Positions 56,679 through 64,000 of a stretch of DNA of 64,000 bases are shown here, piece by piece; the first letter of the stretch is position 1; each line of letters opens with the position of its first letter. A program made the position numbers and the translations under genes. The notes below the pieces were generated by a model. It did no database searches. It was not told the DNA's origin and saw only the letters and a list, made by a program, of their open reading frames with translations. The stretch covers positions 96,001 through 160,000 of the forward strand of contig JBGARZ010000001.1 of the NCBI GenBank assembly GCA_044229975.1, written 5' to 3'. The DNA comes from Polyangiales bacterium (GTDB lineage Bacteria > Myxococcota_A > Polyangia > Polyangiales > Ga0077539).

Positions 56679-57755
56679 ATGCCACCCCCCATCAGAAACC
56701 GCTCATGGATGGCCGGCTGGGCCGACTCCGCGGGAGGCTGGTTCGACCGCAAGGTGGTCGACCTCGCCCTCGATCTCGCCGCCCGCCCCGGCCGCCGCAA
56801 GCCCGACCCCAACGAGCAGCTCCGGCAGCTCGCCCGCGTCGCCGAGGCCTACGACGACCCCCGCTTCATCACCGACCCCGATTCGTTCTTCATTCCCCCG
56901 GCGCGACCCGCTCCGCGGGCGGTGACGGTTCGCTCGCTGCCCGACGGCGGGCGCGTCGAAGACCTCTCCTTCCCCAGCGGCTTCGTACCGACGCACCCCT
57001 TCCCCCGCGAGGACTACCTCGCCCTCACCGAAAACCGCACGGCCGTCGCCCGCTACTGGCGGCACCGGACGCCCCGCGCCACGGTGATCTGCATCCACGG
57101 CTACCTGGGCGGCTCACTCCCCTTCGAGGAGGTCGCCTTCGAAGCGCCCCGGCTCTACCAGTGGGGCCTCGACGTCATCCTCCCGGTGCTCCCCTTCCAC
57201 GGCCTCCGCGCCCCCGAGGGCCGCCGCGGAACCTGGCCGGGCGTCGACCCCTGGCGCTCCGTCGAGGGCTTCGCCCACGCCATGTCCGATCTCCGCGCCT
57301 GGCACTCGTGGCTCCGATCCGAGGGCTCGTCCTCCGTCGGAGCCTTCGGCATGTCCCTCGGCGGCTACACCTCCGCCCTCCTCTCGACCGTCGACCGCGA
57401 CCTCGACTACGCGGCCCTGATGATCCCGCTGGCCTCGCTGGGAGACGCCTACCTCCAGCACCGCGCCCGCCGCGCCGACCCTCCGCCCGACTGGGTGGGG
57501 CGCCGCATCGACCAGTCCATGCGGGTGGTTTCGCCCTTCACGCGCCCGCCGACCCTGCGGTCCGACCAGGTGCTCGTGCTCGCTGCGGGCAACGACGGCA
57601 TCACCCCCGAGGGCCACGCCGAACGCCTGCGCGACCACTTCTCCGCCCGCTTCGACAGCTTCGCCGGCGGCCACCTCCTCCAGATGGGACGCGGCCGGGC
57701 CTTCGCCGCGCTCAAGAGCTTCCTCCTCGAACGCCGCGTCATCGCCCCGCGCTGA
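56679..57755 (+). CDS. Alpha/beta hydrolase
   Basis: IHGY, LPFHG.R, GMSLGGY nucleophile elbow, D and GGHL motifs. Confidence 0.8.
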   Translation: MPPPIRNRSWMAGWADSAGGWFDRKVVDLALDLAARPGRRKPDPNEQLRQLARVAEAYDDPRFITDPDSFFIPPARPAPRAVTVRSLPDGGRVEDLSFPSGFVPTHPFPREDYLALTENRTAVARYWRHRTPRATVICIHGYLGGSLPFEEVAFEAPRLYQWGLDVILPVLPFHGLRAPEGRRGTWPGVDPWRSVEGFAHAMSDLRAWHSWLRSEGSSSVGAFGMSLGGYTSALLSTVDRDLDYAALMIPLASLGDAYLQHRARRADPPPDWVGRRIDQSMRVVSPFTRPPTLRSDQVLVLAAGNDGITPEGHAERLRDHFSARFDSFAGGHLLQMGRGRAFAALKSFLLERRVIAPR

Positions 57756-57835
57756 CGGCCCGGGCGGTAGCCAAACCGACCCATCCAACCCGACGCCCTG
57801 CCGCTTGTCTAGCCCCTTGCGCTCGGGCCCACTCC

Positions 57836-59221
57836 ATGGCGCCATCGGCCCCGTTCTCGATGCACGCACTGCTGACCGATCGGTATGAGCTCGCCATGTT
57901 GGGGGCCTACCTCCGGGAAGGAATAGCGGAGCGACGCGGGGTCTTCGAACTCTCGGTGCGGCGGCTCCCCCCCAACCGGCGCTTCCTGCTGACGGCCGGG
58001 CTCGACCGGGTGGTGCGCTACCTCCGCGACCTGCGCTTCACCGACGCCGAGGTGGACTACCTCCGGGCGCAACCGGGCCTCTCGGACGTGATGACCGACG
58101 CCATGGAGGGCTACCTCCGGGCGTTTCGCTTCCGGGGCGACCTCGATGCCATCCCCGAAGGCTCGCTCGCCTTCGAGGGTGAACCCATCCTCCGCGTGGC
58201 CGCCTCGCTCGCCGAGGGTCAGCTCCTGGAGACCTACCTCCTCGGCGTCATCAACACCGAGACCCGCGTCGCCTCCAAGGCCGCGCGCGTGGTGCTCGCC
58301 GCCGACGGTCGCCCGGTGTTCGAGTTTGGCGCCCGGCGGGTCGACCCGCTGACCGCTCCGCACGCAGGTCGGGCGGCCTTCATCGCCGGCTGCGCCGCGA
58401 CCTCGTCCGAGCAGGCCGGCCTCACCTACAGCGTCCCCGTCGCCGGAACGCTCGCCCACAGCTACATCCTCGCCCACCCCGACGACGGCGAAGAGGCCGC
58501 GTTTCTGCGCTTCGCCGAGTCCTTCCCGCAGGGCACCACCCTCCTCATCGACAGCTTCGACACCCGTCGCGGCGCCCTCCGCGCCGCCCGCGCCGGTTCG
58601 TCGGTGAAGGCCGTTCGCATCGACTCGGGCGACCTCCTCGCCCTCGGCCGCGAGGTGCGCCGCATCCTCGACGCCGCGGGCCGCCCCGACATCCAGCTCA
58701 TCGCCAGCGACGACCTCGACGAGCAGCGCATCCGCGACCTGCTCGCGGCCGGTGCCCCCTACGATGCCTTCGGGGTGGGGACGGCCATCACCCTCACCCC
58801 CGACGCCCCCTCGCTGGGCGCCATCTACAAGCTGGTCGAGATCGAAGATCGCCGCGGTGTGCGGGTGGCCGTGGGCAAGCGTTCACCCGGCAAGCCCAGC
58901 ACCGCGGGCGCCAAGCAGGTGTACCGCCATCTCGACGCCGATGGCGTGCTCGTCGAAGACACGGTGCGACTCGCCGACGAGAGCCGCGACCCGCCGTCTT
59001 CCCACGAGGGCGACGGGTTGCTCGTCCCCGTGATGCGCAGCGGCAAGCTGGTGCGTGACCTCCCCTCTCCCGCCGAGAGCGCGCTCGAAGCGCGGGAGCG
59101 GGCGGCACGGGCGCTGCGATCGCTGCCTCCCGCGCTCCGCAACCTGGACGAAGGCGTCACACCGCCTTCCCCCGTGGTGACCTCGGACGTGCTTCGGACA
59201 CTCCCCCCGCGCGGCGACTGA
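57836..59221 (+). CDS. pncB: Nicotinate phosphoribosyltransferase
   Basis: LLTDRYELAM, FEFGARR, GTLAHSY, LIDSFD, RIDSGD, FGVGT and YKLV; start ATG at 57836 or 57860. Confidence 0.93.
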   Translation: MAPSAPFSMHALLTDRYELAMLGAYLREGIAERRGVFELSVRRLPPNRRFLLTAGLDRVVRYLRDLRFTDAEVDYLRAQPGLSDVMTDAMEGYLRAFRFRGDLDAIPEGSLAFEGEPILRVAASLAEGQLLETYLLGVINTETRVASKAARVVLAADGRPVFEFGARRVDPLTAPHAGRAAFIAGCAATSSEQAGLTYSVPVAGTLAHSYILAHPDDGEEAAFLRFAESFPQGTTLLIDSFDTRRGALRAARAGSSVKAVRIDSGDLLALGREVRRILDAAGRPDIQLIASDDLDEQRIRDLLAAGAPYDAFGVGTAITLTPDAPSLGAIYKLVEIEDRRGVRVAVGKRSPGKPSTAGAKQVYRHLDADGVLVEDTVRLADESRDPPSSHEGDGLLVPVMRSGKLVRDLPSPAESALEARERAARALRSLPPALRNLDEGVTPPSPVVTSDVLRTLPPRGD

Positions 59222-59371
59222 GCGTCGCGACTGGTCACCGCGGTGATCGGTCCGATCTCCCCCGGGCACTGGTCTCCCTCTCCGATCCAGCGCTGCGGCA
59301 CCGCGTTCCGTGGTGCAATGGCGGCGGCACGAATGATGGAACAGCCCGCCACCGTGAAGGACCAATCGACC

Positions 59372-60394
59372 ATGCGACCCACCACCTGGCAGCGTTCGTG
59401 GCTCCCGATGATGTTGGTGGCGACCGCCGGGTCGCTGGGCCTCGCGCCGGGCTGCGTGGGCGACCCCAACGACGTCAACTTCGACGAGGCGTGGGGCGAC
59501 TGGCAGGTCGAGGAGATCGTCGCGGCCTGTACGCGCTCGGGCATCCTGGCGGGCACCCCCGCGAGCCGCCGCCCGATGATGGAGCGCGCCATGAACTGGG
59601 TCGACAACCGGGTCATGTACTCGCAGACGCCGCAGTCGCGCTGGGGCGGCTACCGCACCGACTGTTCGGGTCTCGTCTCCATGTCGTGGGGTCTCCCGGC
59701 GCCGGGCAACACCACGCACTCGTTTGCGGGCGGCCCTTGGGACAACAACCGCTCGCACCGCATCGACTGGAGCGCGCTCGAACCCGGCGACGCCCTCAAC
59801 AACCCGGCGCACCACATCATGCTCTTCGCCGGCTGGCTCGATGAGCGGCGCACCCGGTTCTGCACGGTCGAGGAGTACAACTGGGGCCGCCCCGCCTCGA
59901 TTCTCCACCACTCCATCTACGACAACGCGCGCGGCAGCCAGATCCGCAACGTCTACCTCCCCATCCGCCTCAACGGCGCGCCCCCGGCTTCGTCGGGCGG
60001 CACCTCCGGTGGAACCTCCGGCGGGACCTCGGGCGGCACCTCTTCGGGCGGCGACCAGTGTTACTCCAACACCCTCCAACGATGGATGCCCGAGCGCTCC
60101 TGCGTGGAGAGCCGCTACGACCGCGACTGGTACCAGTGCGTCGACGGCGTGTGGCGCCTCGGCGCGGGCCGCTACGGCGCGTGCGTCAGCACCAACCAGC
60201 TCTCCCCGGCGCGCAACTCGACGTGCTTCTCGTCGACGCTCGGTCGCGACATGGTCGAGGGCACCTGCCTCCAGAGCCGCCTCGACGGCGACTGGTACCA
60301 GTGCACCGACACCGGCTGGGTCATCGAGCGGAGCCTGCCCGCATCCAACCGCGGGATCATCGGGGCCTGCATGGGGCAGTACCCTCTTCGTTGA
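59372..60394 (+). CDS. NlpC/P60-like peptidoglycan hydrolase lipoprotein with two C-terminal Cys-rich repeats
   Basis: Lipobox-like LAPGC; YRTDCSGLVSMSW...LEPGDAL...HIMLF Cys-His dyad; SGGT linker; duplicated C.S.TL...C..SR.D.DWYQC...W unit. Confidence 0.8.
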   Translation: MRPTTWQRSWLPMMLVATAGSLGLAPGCVGDPNDVNFDEAWGDWQVEEIVAACTRSGILAGTPASRRPMMERAMNWVDNRVMYSQTPQSRWGGYRTDCSGLVSMSWGLPAPGNTTHSFAGGPWDNNRSHRIDWSALEPGDALNNPAHHIMLFAGWLDERRTRFCTVEEYNWGRPASILHHSIYDNARGSQIRNVYLPIRLNGAPPASSGGTSGGTSGGTSGGTSSGGDQCYSNTLQRWMPERSCVESRYDRDWYQCVDGVWRLGAGRYGACVSTNQLSPARNSTCFSSTLGRDMVEGTCLQSRLDGDWYQCTDTGWVIERSLPASNRGIIGACMGQYPLR

Positions 60395-60398
60395 GCGT

Positions 60399-61298
60399 CT
60401 ATGCCTTCTTGGGCATCGTCACGATCGGCTTGAGCACGGCCTTGCCGTCCTTGATCGAGACGTCCATCCGCACATCGGCGCCCTGATACTTCTGCGTGAG
60501 TCGGGTCATGTTCTCGCGCGCCTGCCGGGCGATGGACTCGTACTGCACGTCGGTGTTTTCGCCCGTCATCTTGCGCGCTTCGAGGAAGCGCTGGTGCAGC
60601 GCGCGAATCTGCGGATCTTCCGCGACGGGCGCAGGCTTCGCGACCGCCGCGGGCGCGGGTGCGGGCGTCGGTGCAGGGGCGGGGCGGGCCAACGGACGAA
60701 CGACCGGGTTGAGGGGACTGCTGCGCGGAATCGTCGCCCCGAGCGGGCTCGCCGCGGGCCGGGCGACGGGAGCGACGGGCTTCGCGGCCACCGGGATCGG
60801 CGCCGGCGTGGGCGCACGCAGCGGTGATCCGAAGTCGGGGAAGGCCTCGGGCTCGTGGCCGCGCGACGCGTGCATGGTCGTCTCGCTCACGTCGTCGTCG
60901 CCGAGCTCTTCCAGCTCGGGCCCATCGGAGACCTCGGGCTCGGGCGTGGCGCCGGGCTGCGTGTCGGGCGCCGTCTCGCGCCGGTCGAGCGAACGACCCA
61001 GCCGCTGGGCGCGGATGACGTCGCGCTTGTAGGTGCCCTCCTCGATCTGCCGGATGATGCGACCCCAGTACGTCTGGTAGGTGGTGAAGCGCTGCACCAT
61101 CGTCTGGAAGCGGAAGCGCAGACCGCCGTTGCGAAACTGCTCCTTGTGGAGCTGCGCGAAGCGCCGGTCGACGTCCTTGCGCTGCACGAAGGGCATCATC
61201 TTCTCGATGCCGATGAAGTACTGGTCGTACTTCACCCGCAGGCGCTCCAGGCGGCTCTCGAGCTCATCGAGCTCTCGCACGATCTCGGCTGGCGTCAC
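60399..61298 (-). CDS. Myxobacterial conserved hypothetical protein (MXAN_5187 C-terminal domain-like)
   Basis: LRVKYDQYFIGIEK, LRFRF...W.RI.RQIEEGTYKRD N-domain, Pro-rich linker, and C-terminal F..ARK.TGE...V.IKDGKAVLKP. Confidence 0.75.
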   Translation of the reverse strand: MTPAEIVRELDELESRLERLRVKYDQYFIGIEKMMPFVQRKDVDRRFAQLHKEQFRNGGLRFRFQTMVQRFTTYQTYWGRIIRQIEEGTYKRDVIRAQRLGRSLDRRETAPDTQPGATPEPEVSDGPELEELGDDDVSETTMHASRGHEPEAFPDFGSPLRAPTPAPIPVAAKPVAPVARPAASPLGATIPRSSPLNPVVRPLARPAPAPTPAPAPAAVAKPAPVAEDPQIRALHQRFLEARKMTGENTDVQYESIARQARENMTRLTQKYQGADVRMDVSIKDGKAVLKPIVTMPKKA

Positions 61299-61326
61299 GA
61301 CCCTGACCTCCTCTCGCGCCCGTCGC

Positions 61327-61983
61327 TCACAGCGGTGTGATCACGAGGTTGTCGAAGTGCACTTCCGCGTCCCAGTCGTTGAACGCGAAGTACTCATGCC
61401 CCGGCCCCGCCAGCGGGTCGGGGTCGTCCCACTCCAGCATCGCGGTGCCGTCGAGCAGCCAGCGCAGCACGCGGTCGCGACGCTCGACGGTGAAGTGATA
61501 GCGCTGCCCCATCACCACCCGCGGGCCCACGCGCTGCCGACGATCGGGCGCGTGCTCGTCCATGCGCGCGATGACGTTGTAGCTGTTGGACCAGCCGCCG
61601 AAGATCACCACGTAGCTCGTCGCGGTGTACGAGGCCTGCAGCGCGTGCGAGGTACCGTCGCCCCACACCTCGCACTTCAGATCGCCCGCGGGCGAGTTGC
61701 TCCACGCGTCGAACTCGATGCGCGCGTTGCGCGGCAGCCGACGCTTGAGCCAGAGCGGGTGGTTGCGCGCGCCCTGCCCCCGCACCGCGCCGTTGTCGAT
61801 GCGCCAGCCGTCGCCGGTGACGTTCCAGTCGGAGCCGAGCTCGCTGCGCTCGAAGCGGTCTTCGAAGCGCTGCCCCACCGACGGCGCCCGCGGCTCGGTA
61901 CAGCCCGCCACCATCACAGCCCCGCCCCCCGCCGTCGCGGCGAGCGCGCCCGCCAGCGGAACCATCCAGTGCCACCTCTTCAT
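61327..61983 (-). CDS. Hypothetical lipoprotein with a lectin/glucanase-like beta-sandwich
   Basis: Signal peptide ending VAGC; FEDRFER..LG.DW, FGGW.N and HFDNLVI. Confidence 0.65.
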   Translation of the reverse strand: MKRWHWMVPLAGALAATAGGGAVMVAGCTEPRAPSVGQRFEDRFERSELGSDWNVTGDGWRIDNGAVRGQGARNHPLWLKRRLPRNARIEFDAWSNSPAGDLKCEVWGDGTSHALQASYTATSYVVIFGGWSNSYNVIARMDEHAPDRRQRVGPRVVMGQRYHFTVERRDRVLRWLLDGTAMLEWDDPDPLAGPGHEYFAFNDWDAEVHFDNLVITPL

Positions 61984-62069
61984 CGCGCAGCGCACCGTAT
62001 CACAGCCCTCCTCGCGGCCCCCATAGCGCACGTTGAACATTTCTCCGCGGTGTTGTGTCGTACGCGCCC

Positions 62070-62630
62070 ATGAAGCGCCCCCTCTCCGCGTCGACCTTGT
62101 TGCTCACCGCCTTCCTCACCGCCGCCCCGCCCGCGCACGCTTCGCCGGGCACCGAGGCGCCGGAGTTCACGCTCCCCGCGGCGCCGGGCGGCCCGACGCG
62201 CGGTCGCTTCCGGCTCGCCGACTCGCTCCACCGCAAGCCCGTCGTGGTGCTCTTCTGGGCCACCTGGTGCCAGCCGTGTATGCAAGAACTCCCGGTCTAC
62301 CAGGCGCTCTTCCAGCGCTACGGCGGACAGTTGCAGGTGGTCGCGGTGTCCATGGACGGGCCCGACTCGGTCGCCGAAGCGGGCGCCACGGCGCGACGGC
62401 TGGGCATCACGTTTCCGGTGGTCACCGACCTGGAGACCCAGGTGGTGTCGGTCTACAACCCGCGCCGCGCGGCGCCCTTCTCGGTGTGGATCGGTCGGGA
62501 TGGGATCATCACTCGCGAGCGCGAGGGATTCTCGATGTCAGAGCAGCCGCAGATCGAGGCCGGCATCGCGGCGCTGATGGGTCGACCGGCGCCCGCAGCG
62601 CCGACCGCCCATCCCGACGCGGGGCACTGA
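62070..62630 (+). CDS. TlpA family thiol-disulfide oxidoreductase
   Basis: Signal peptide; APEFTL, FWATWCQPC..ELP and VSMD. Confidence 0.9.
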   Translation: MKRPLSASTLLLTAFLTAAPPAHASPGTEAPEFTLPAAPGGPTRGRFRLADSLHRKPVVVLFWATWCQPCMQELPVYQALFQRYGGQLQVVAVSMDGPDSVAEAGATARRLGITFPVVTDLETQVVSVYNPRRAAPFSVWIGRDGIITREREGFSMSEQPQIEAGIAALMGRPAPAAPTAHPDAGH

Positions 62631-62632
62631 AC

Positions 62633-63337
62633 TCAGGCGTCGAGGTCGGGCTCGGCGTCGCCGCTGGAGCTGCTCGCGGCCGAGGGTGACGCGCCGTCGT
62701 CCACGGCGCGCAGCTCGTCGCGGGCGCGGCGGGCGACGTCGTTCCAGTCGGCCTGGTGATGGCGGGCGAGGCCGTAGACGTGACCCGGGCGGTGCTCGCT
62801 CACGATGGCCGTGAGCGACCGCATGATCTTCGCGGCGATGTCGTTGTCCTCGGGGTCGCTGATGCGCGGCTGGAGCACGCGGGTCTCCGCGGTCACCGCC
62901 TCGATCTTCAGACGGAGCAGCGACGGGTCCATCCCCGGCGCGTCGTTGCTGATGGTGCGAACCTCTTCCCGAAGCCTCTCCAGGGGGTTGCGCACGCCGG
63001 CGTCGGCGGAGCGGTTGTCGCCGCGGAAGCCGCCGGGCTCGCGGTCGTTGCCGCGGGAGTCCCGCGCGTCGCGGCCACCCTGGAAGTCCCGAGGCGCGTT
63101 GCGCCCTTCGCCCCGGTAGGCCTGGGCGTGGCCGAAGTCGCGGGGCCCGCGCACCTCGCGGGGGGCGTTGAAGTCCCGCGCCGGGCGGCGGTCACCGCCG
63201 TCGTCGCGGCGGAAGCCCTGGGGGGCTGCGGCGGCCGGACCGAGCACATCGTCGATGCGCGCGGCGGCGTCCTTGAACATGTCACGCAGGGAAATGAGCA
63301 ACTCGCGAACGTCACGATCGGAAGGGTTACGGTCCAT
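62633..63337 (-). CDS. Hypothetical protein with Arg/Gly/Asp/Phe-rich low-complexity region and C-terminal helical domain
   Basis: ATG at 63337; RDF-type repeats; C-terminal HRPGHVYGLARHHQADW. Confidence 0.65.
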   Translation of the reverse strand: MDRNPSDRDVRELLISLRDMFKDAAARIDDVLGPAAAAPQGFRRDDGGDRRPARDFNAPREVRGPRDFGHAQAYRGEGRNAPRDFQGGRDARDSRGNDREPGGFRGDNRSADAGVRNPLERLREEVRTISNDAPGMDPSLLRLKIEAVTAETRVLQPRISDPEDNDIAAKIMRSLTAIVSEHRPGHVYGLARHHQADWNDVARRARDELRAVDDGASPSAASSSSGDAEPDLDA

Positions 63338-63614
63338 GGAAAGAGGGTCCTTGGTAGGGGGAGCGCGGAGGGCGTCTGGCGCGGCGGGGTCAACGAACCC
63401 AAAACCATCAATGAGCGCTGGCAGCGCCCTCGCGACGAATGAGTGGAGCGGCGGGGCTTCTAAGCCCACCGACCCCGTCCGCGCAAGCACAGTCCCGAGC
63501 GACCCCTCACTGCCGTCTTCTCGGGCGCATACAACCAGTTGGCAGGCGCCACGAACGGCCTCAGGATGCGGCCCCTCCCTTCCCACTCCACCACCACGGG
63601 ACGTGAACTCCTTC

Positions 63615-64000
63615 ATGCGAACCCCCAAGTCCGCTCTCCTTCGTCCGGTCGTGCTCTCCATCGCGTTCGCTTCGGCGGCGTGCTCGTCCGAAGGCCCGAC
63701 GGGCACCCTCCCCGACGCAAGCGGCGGCTCCGACGTGGTCGTCAACCCGACCGACAACCCCATCATCCCGCCGACCGACTCGGGCACCGTCACCCCCGAC
63801 TCGGGCACCGTCACCCCCGACTCGGGCACACGCACCGACGCGGGCGTGACGCCCGGTGGTTCGACGGCGGTCACGACCTTCCAGTTCGATCGTGCGCGGT
63901 CGGGCGCCAACCGCAGCGAGACGCGCCTCACCCCGGCCGCCATCCGCGCGGGCTTCGCGCGCGCCGAAGCCTTCGCCCCCACGCTCGACGGCGAGGTCTA
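63615..64000 (+). CDS. Partial (3'-truncated) lipoprotein, likely a PQQ-like beta-propeller protein
   Basis: ATG at 63615 gives MRTPKSALL...ASAAC lipobox, DSGTVTP repeats, then VTTFQFDRARSGANRSETRLTP...LDGEVY, resembling the N-terminus of PQQ-like propeller proteins; the frame is open to the window end. Confidence 0.65.
   Translation, partial: MRTPKSALLRPVVLSIAFASAACSSEGPTGTLPDASGGSDVVVNPTDNPIIPPTDSGTVTPDSGTVTPDSGTRTDAGVTPGGSTAVTTFQFDRARSGANRSETRLTPAAIRAGFARAEAFAPTLDGEV
63775..63829 (+). repeat. 21-bp tandem repeat (about 2.6 copies) encoding a DSGTVTP linker
   Basis: CCGACTCGGGCACCGTCACCC at 63775 and 63796, with a partial copy at 63817. Confidence 0.9.

Overview
High-GC (roughly 70% by eye), gene-dense chromosomal region, most consistent with a Myxococcota (Polyangiales-like) bacterium. 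It looks like core genome: I found no rRNA, tRNA, CRISPR array, integrase or transposase. In order: (1) ECF sigma/anti-sigma module, an alpha/beta hydrolase and mutS. (2) A ~14 kb minus-strand operon for alternative complex III (actABCDEF) with an SCO chaperone, an A2-type caa3 cytochrome c oxidase and two uncharacterised accessory genes. (3) nadC-birA. (4) A type IV pilus locus (pilB-pilT-pilC-pilS, with pilD further on) that lacks an adjacent pilR/pilA but is interleaved with a Ser/Thr kinase, two FHA proteins (one a sigma54 activator) and a PP2C phosphatase. (5) pgsA, family-4 UDG plus a very acidic partner, serS, an orphan ECF sigma, and a deoC with an N-terminal extension resembling a microcompartment encapsulation peptide. 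(6) An uncharacterised four-gene cell-envelope cluster: beta-propeller/dihaem lipoprotein, Cys-paired putative outer-membrane protein, Cys-rich OmpA-like lipoprotein and JmjC oxygenase. (7) fadN-fadA, a histone-H1-like fusion protein, CNNM/CBS transporter, LysM-M15 peptidase, tatA, sixA, pncB, an NlpC/P60 lipoprotein with Cys-rich repeats, TlpA and several hypotheticals. All calls come from motif recognition in the translated sequence; no database searches were run. Start codons were refined by hand and some are uncertain.
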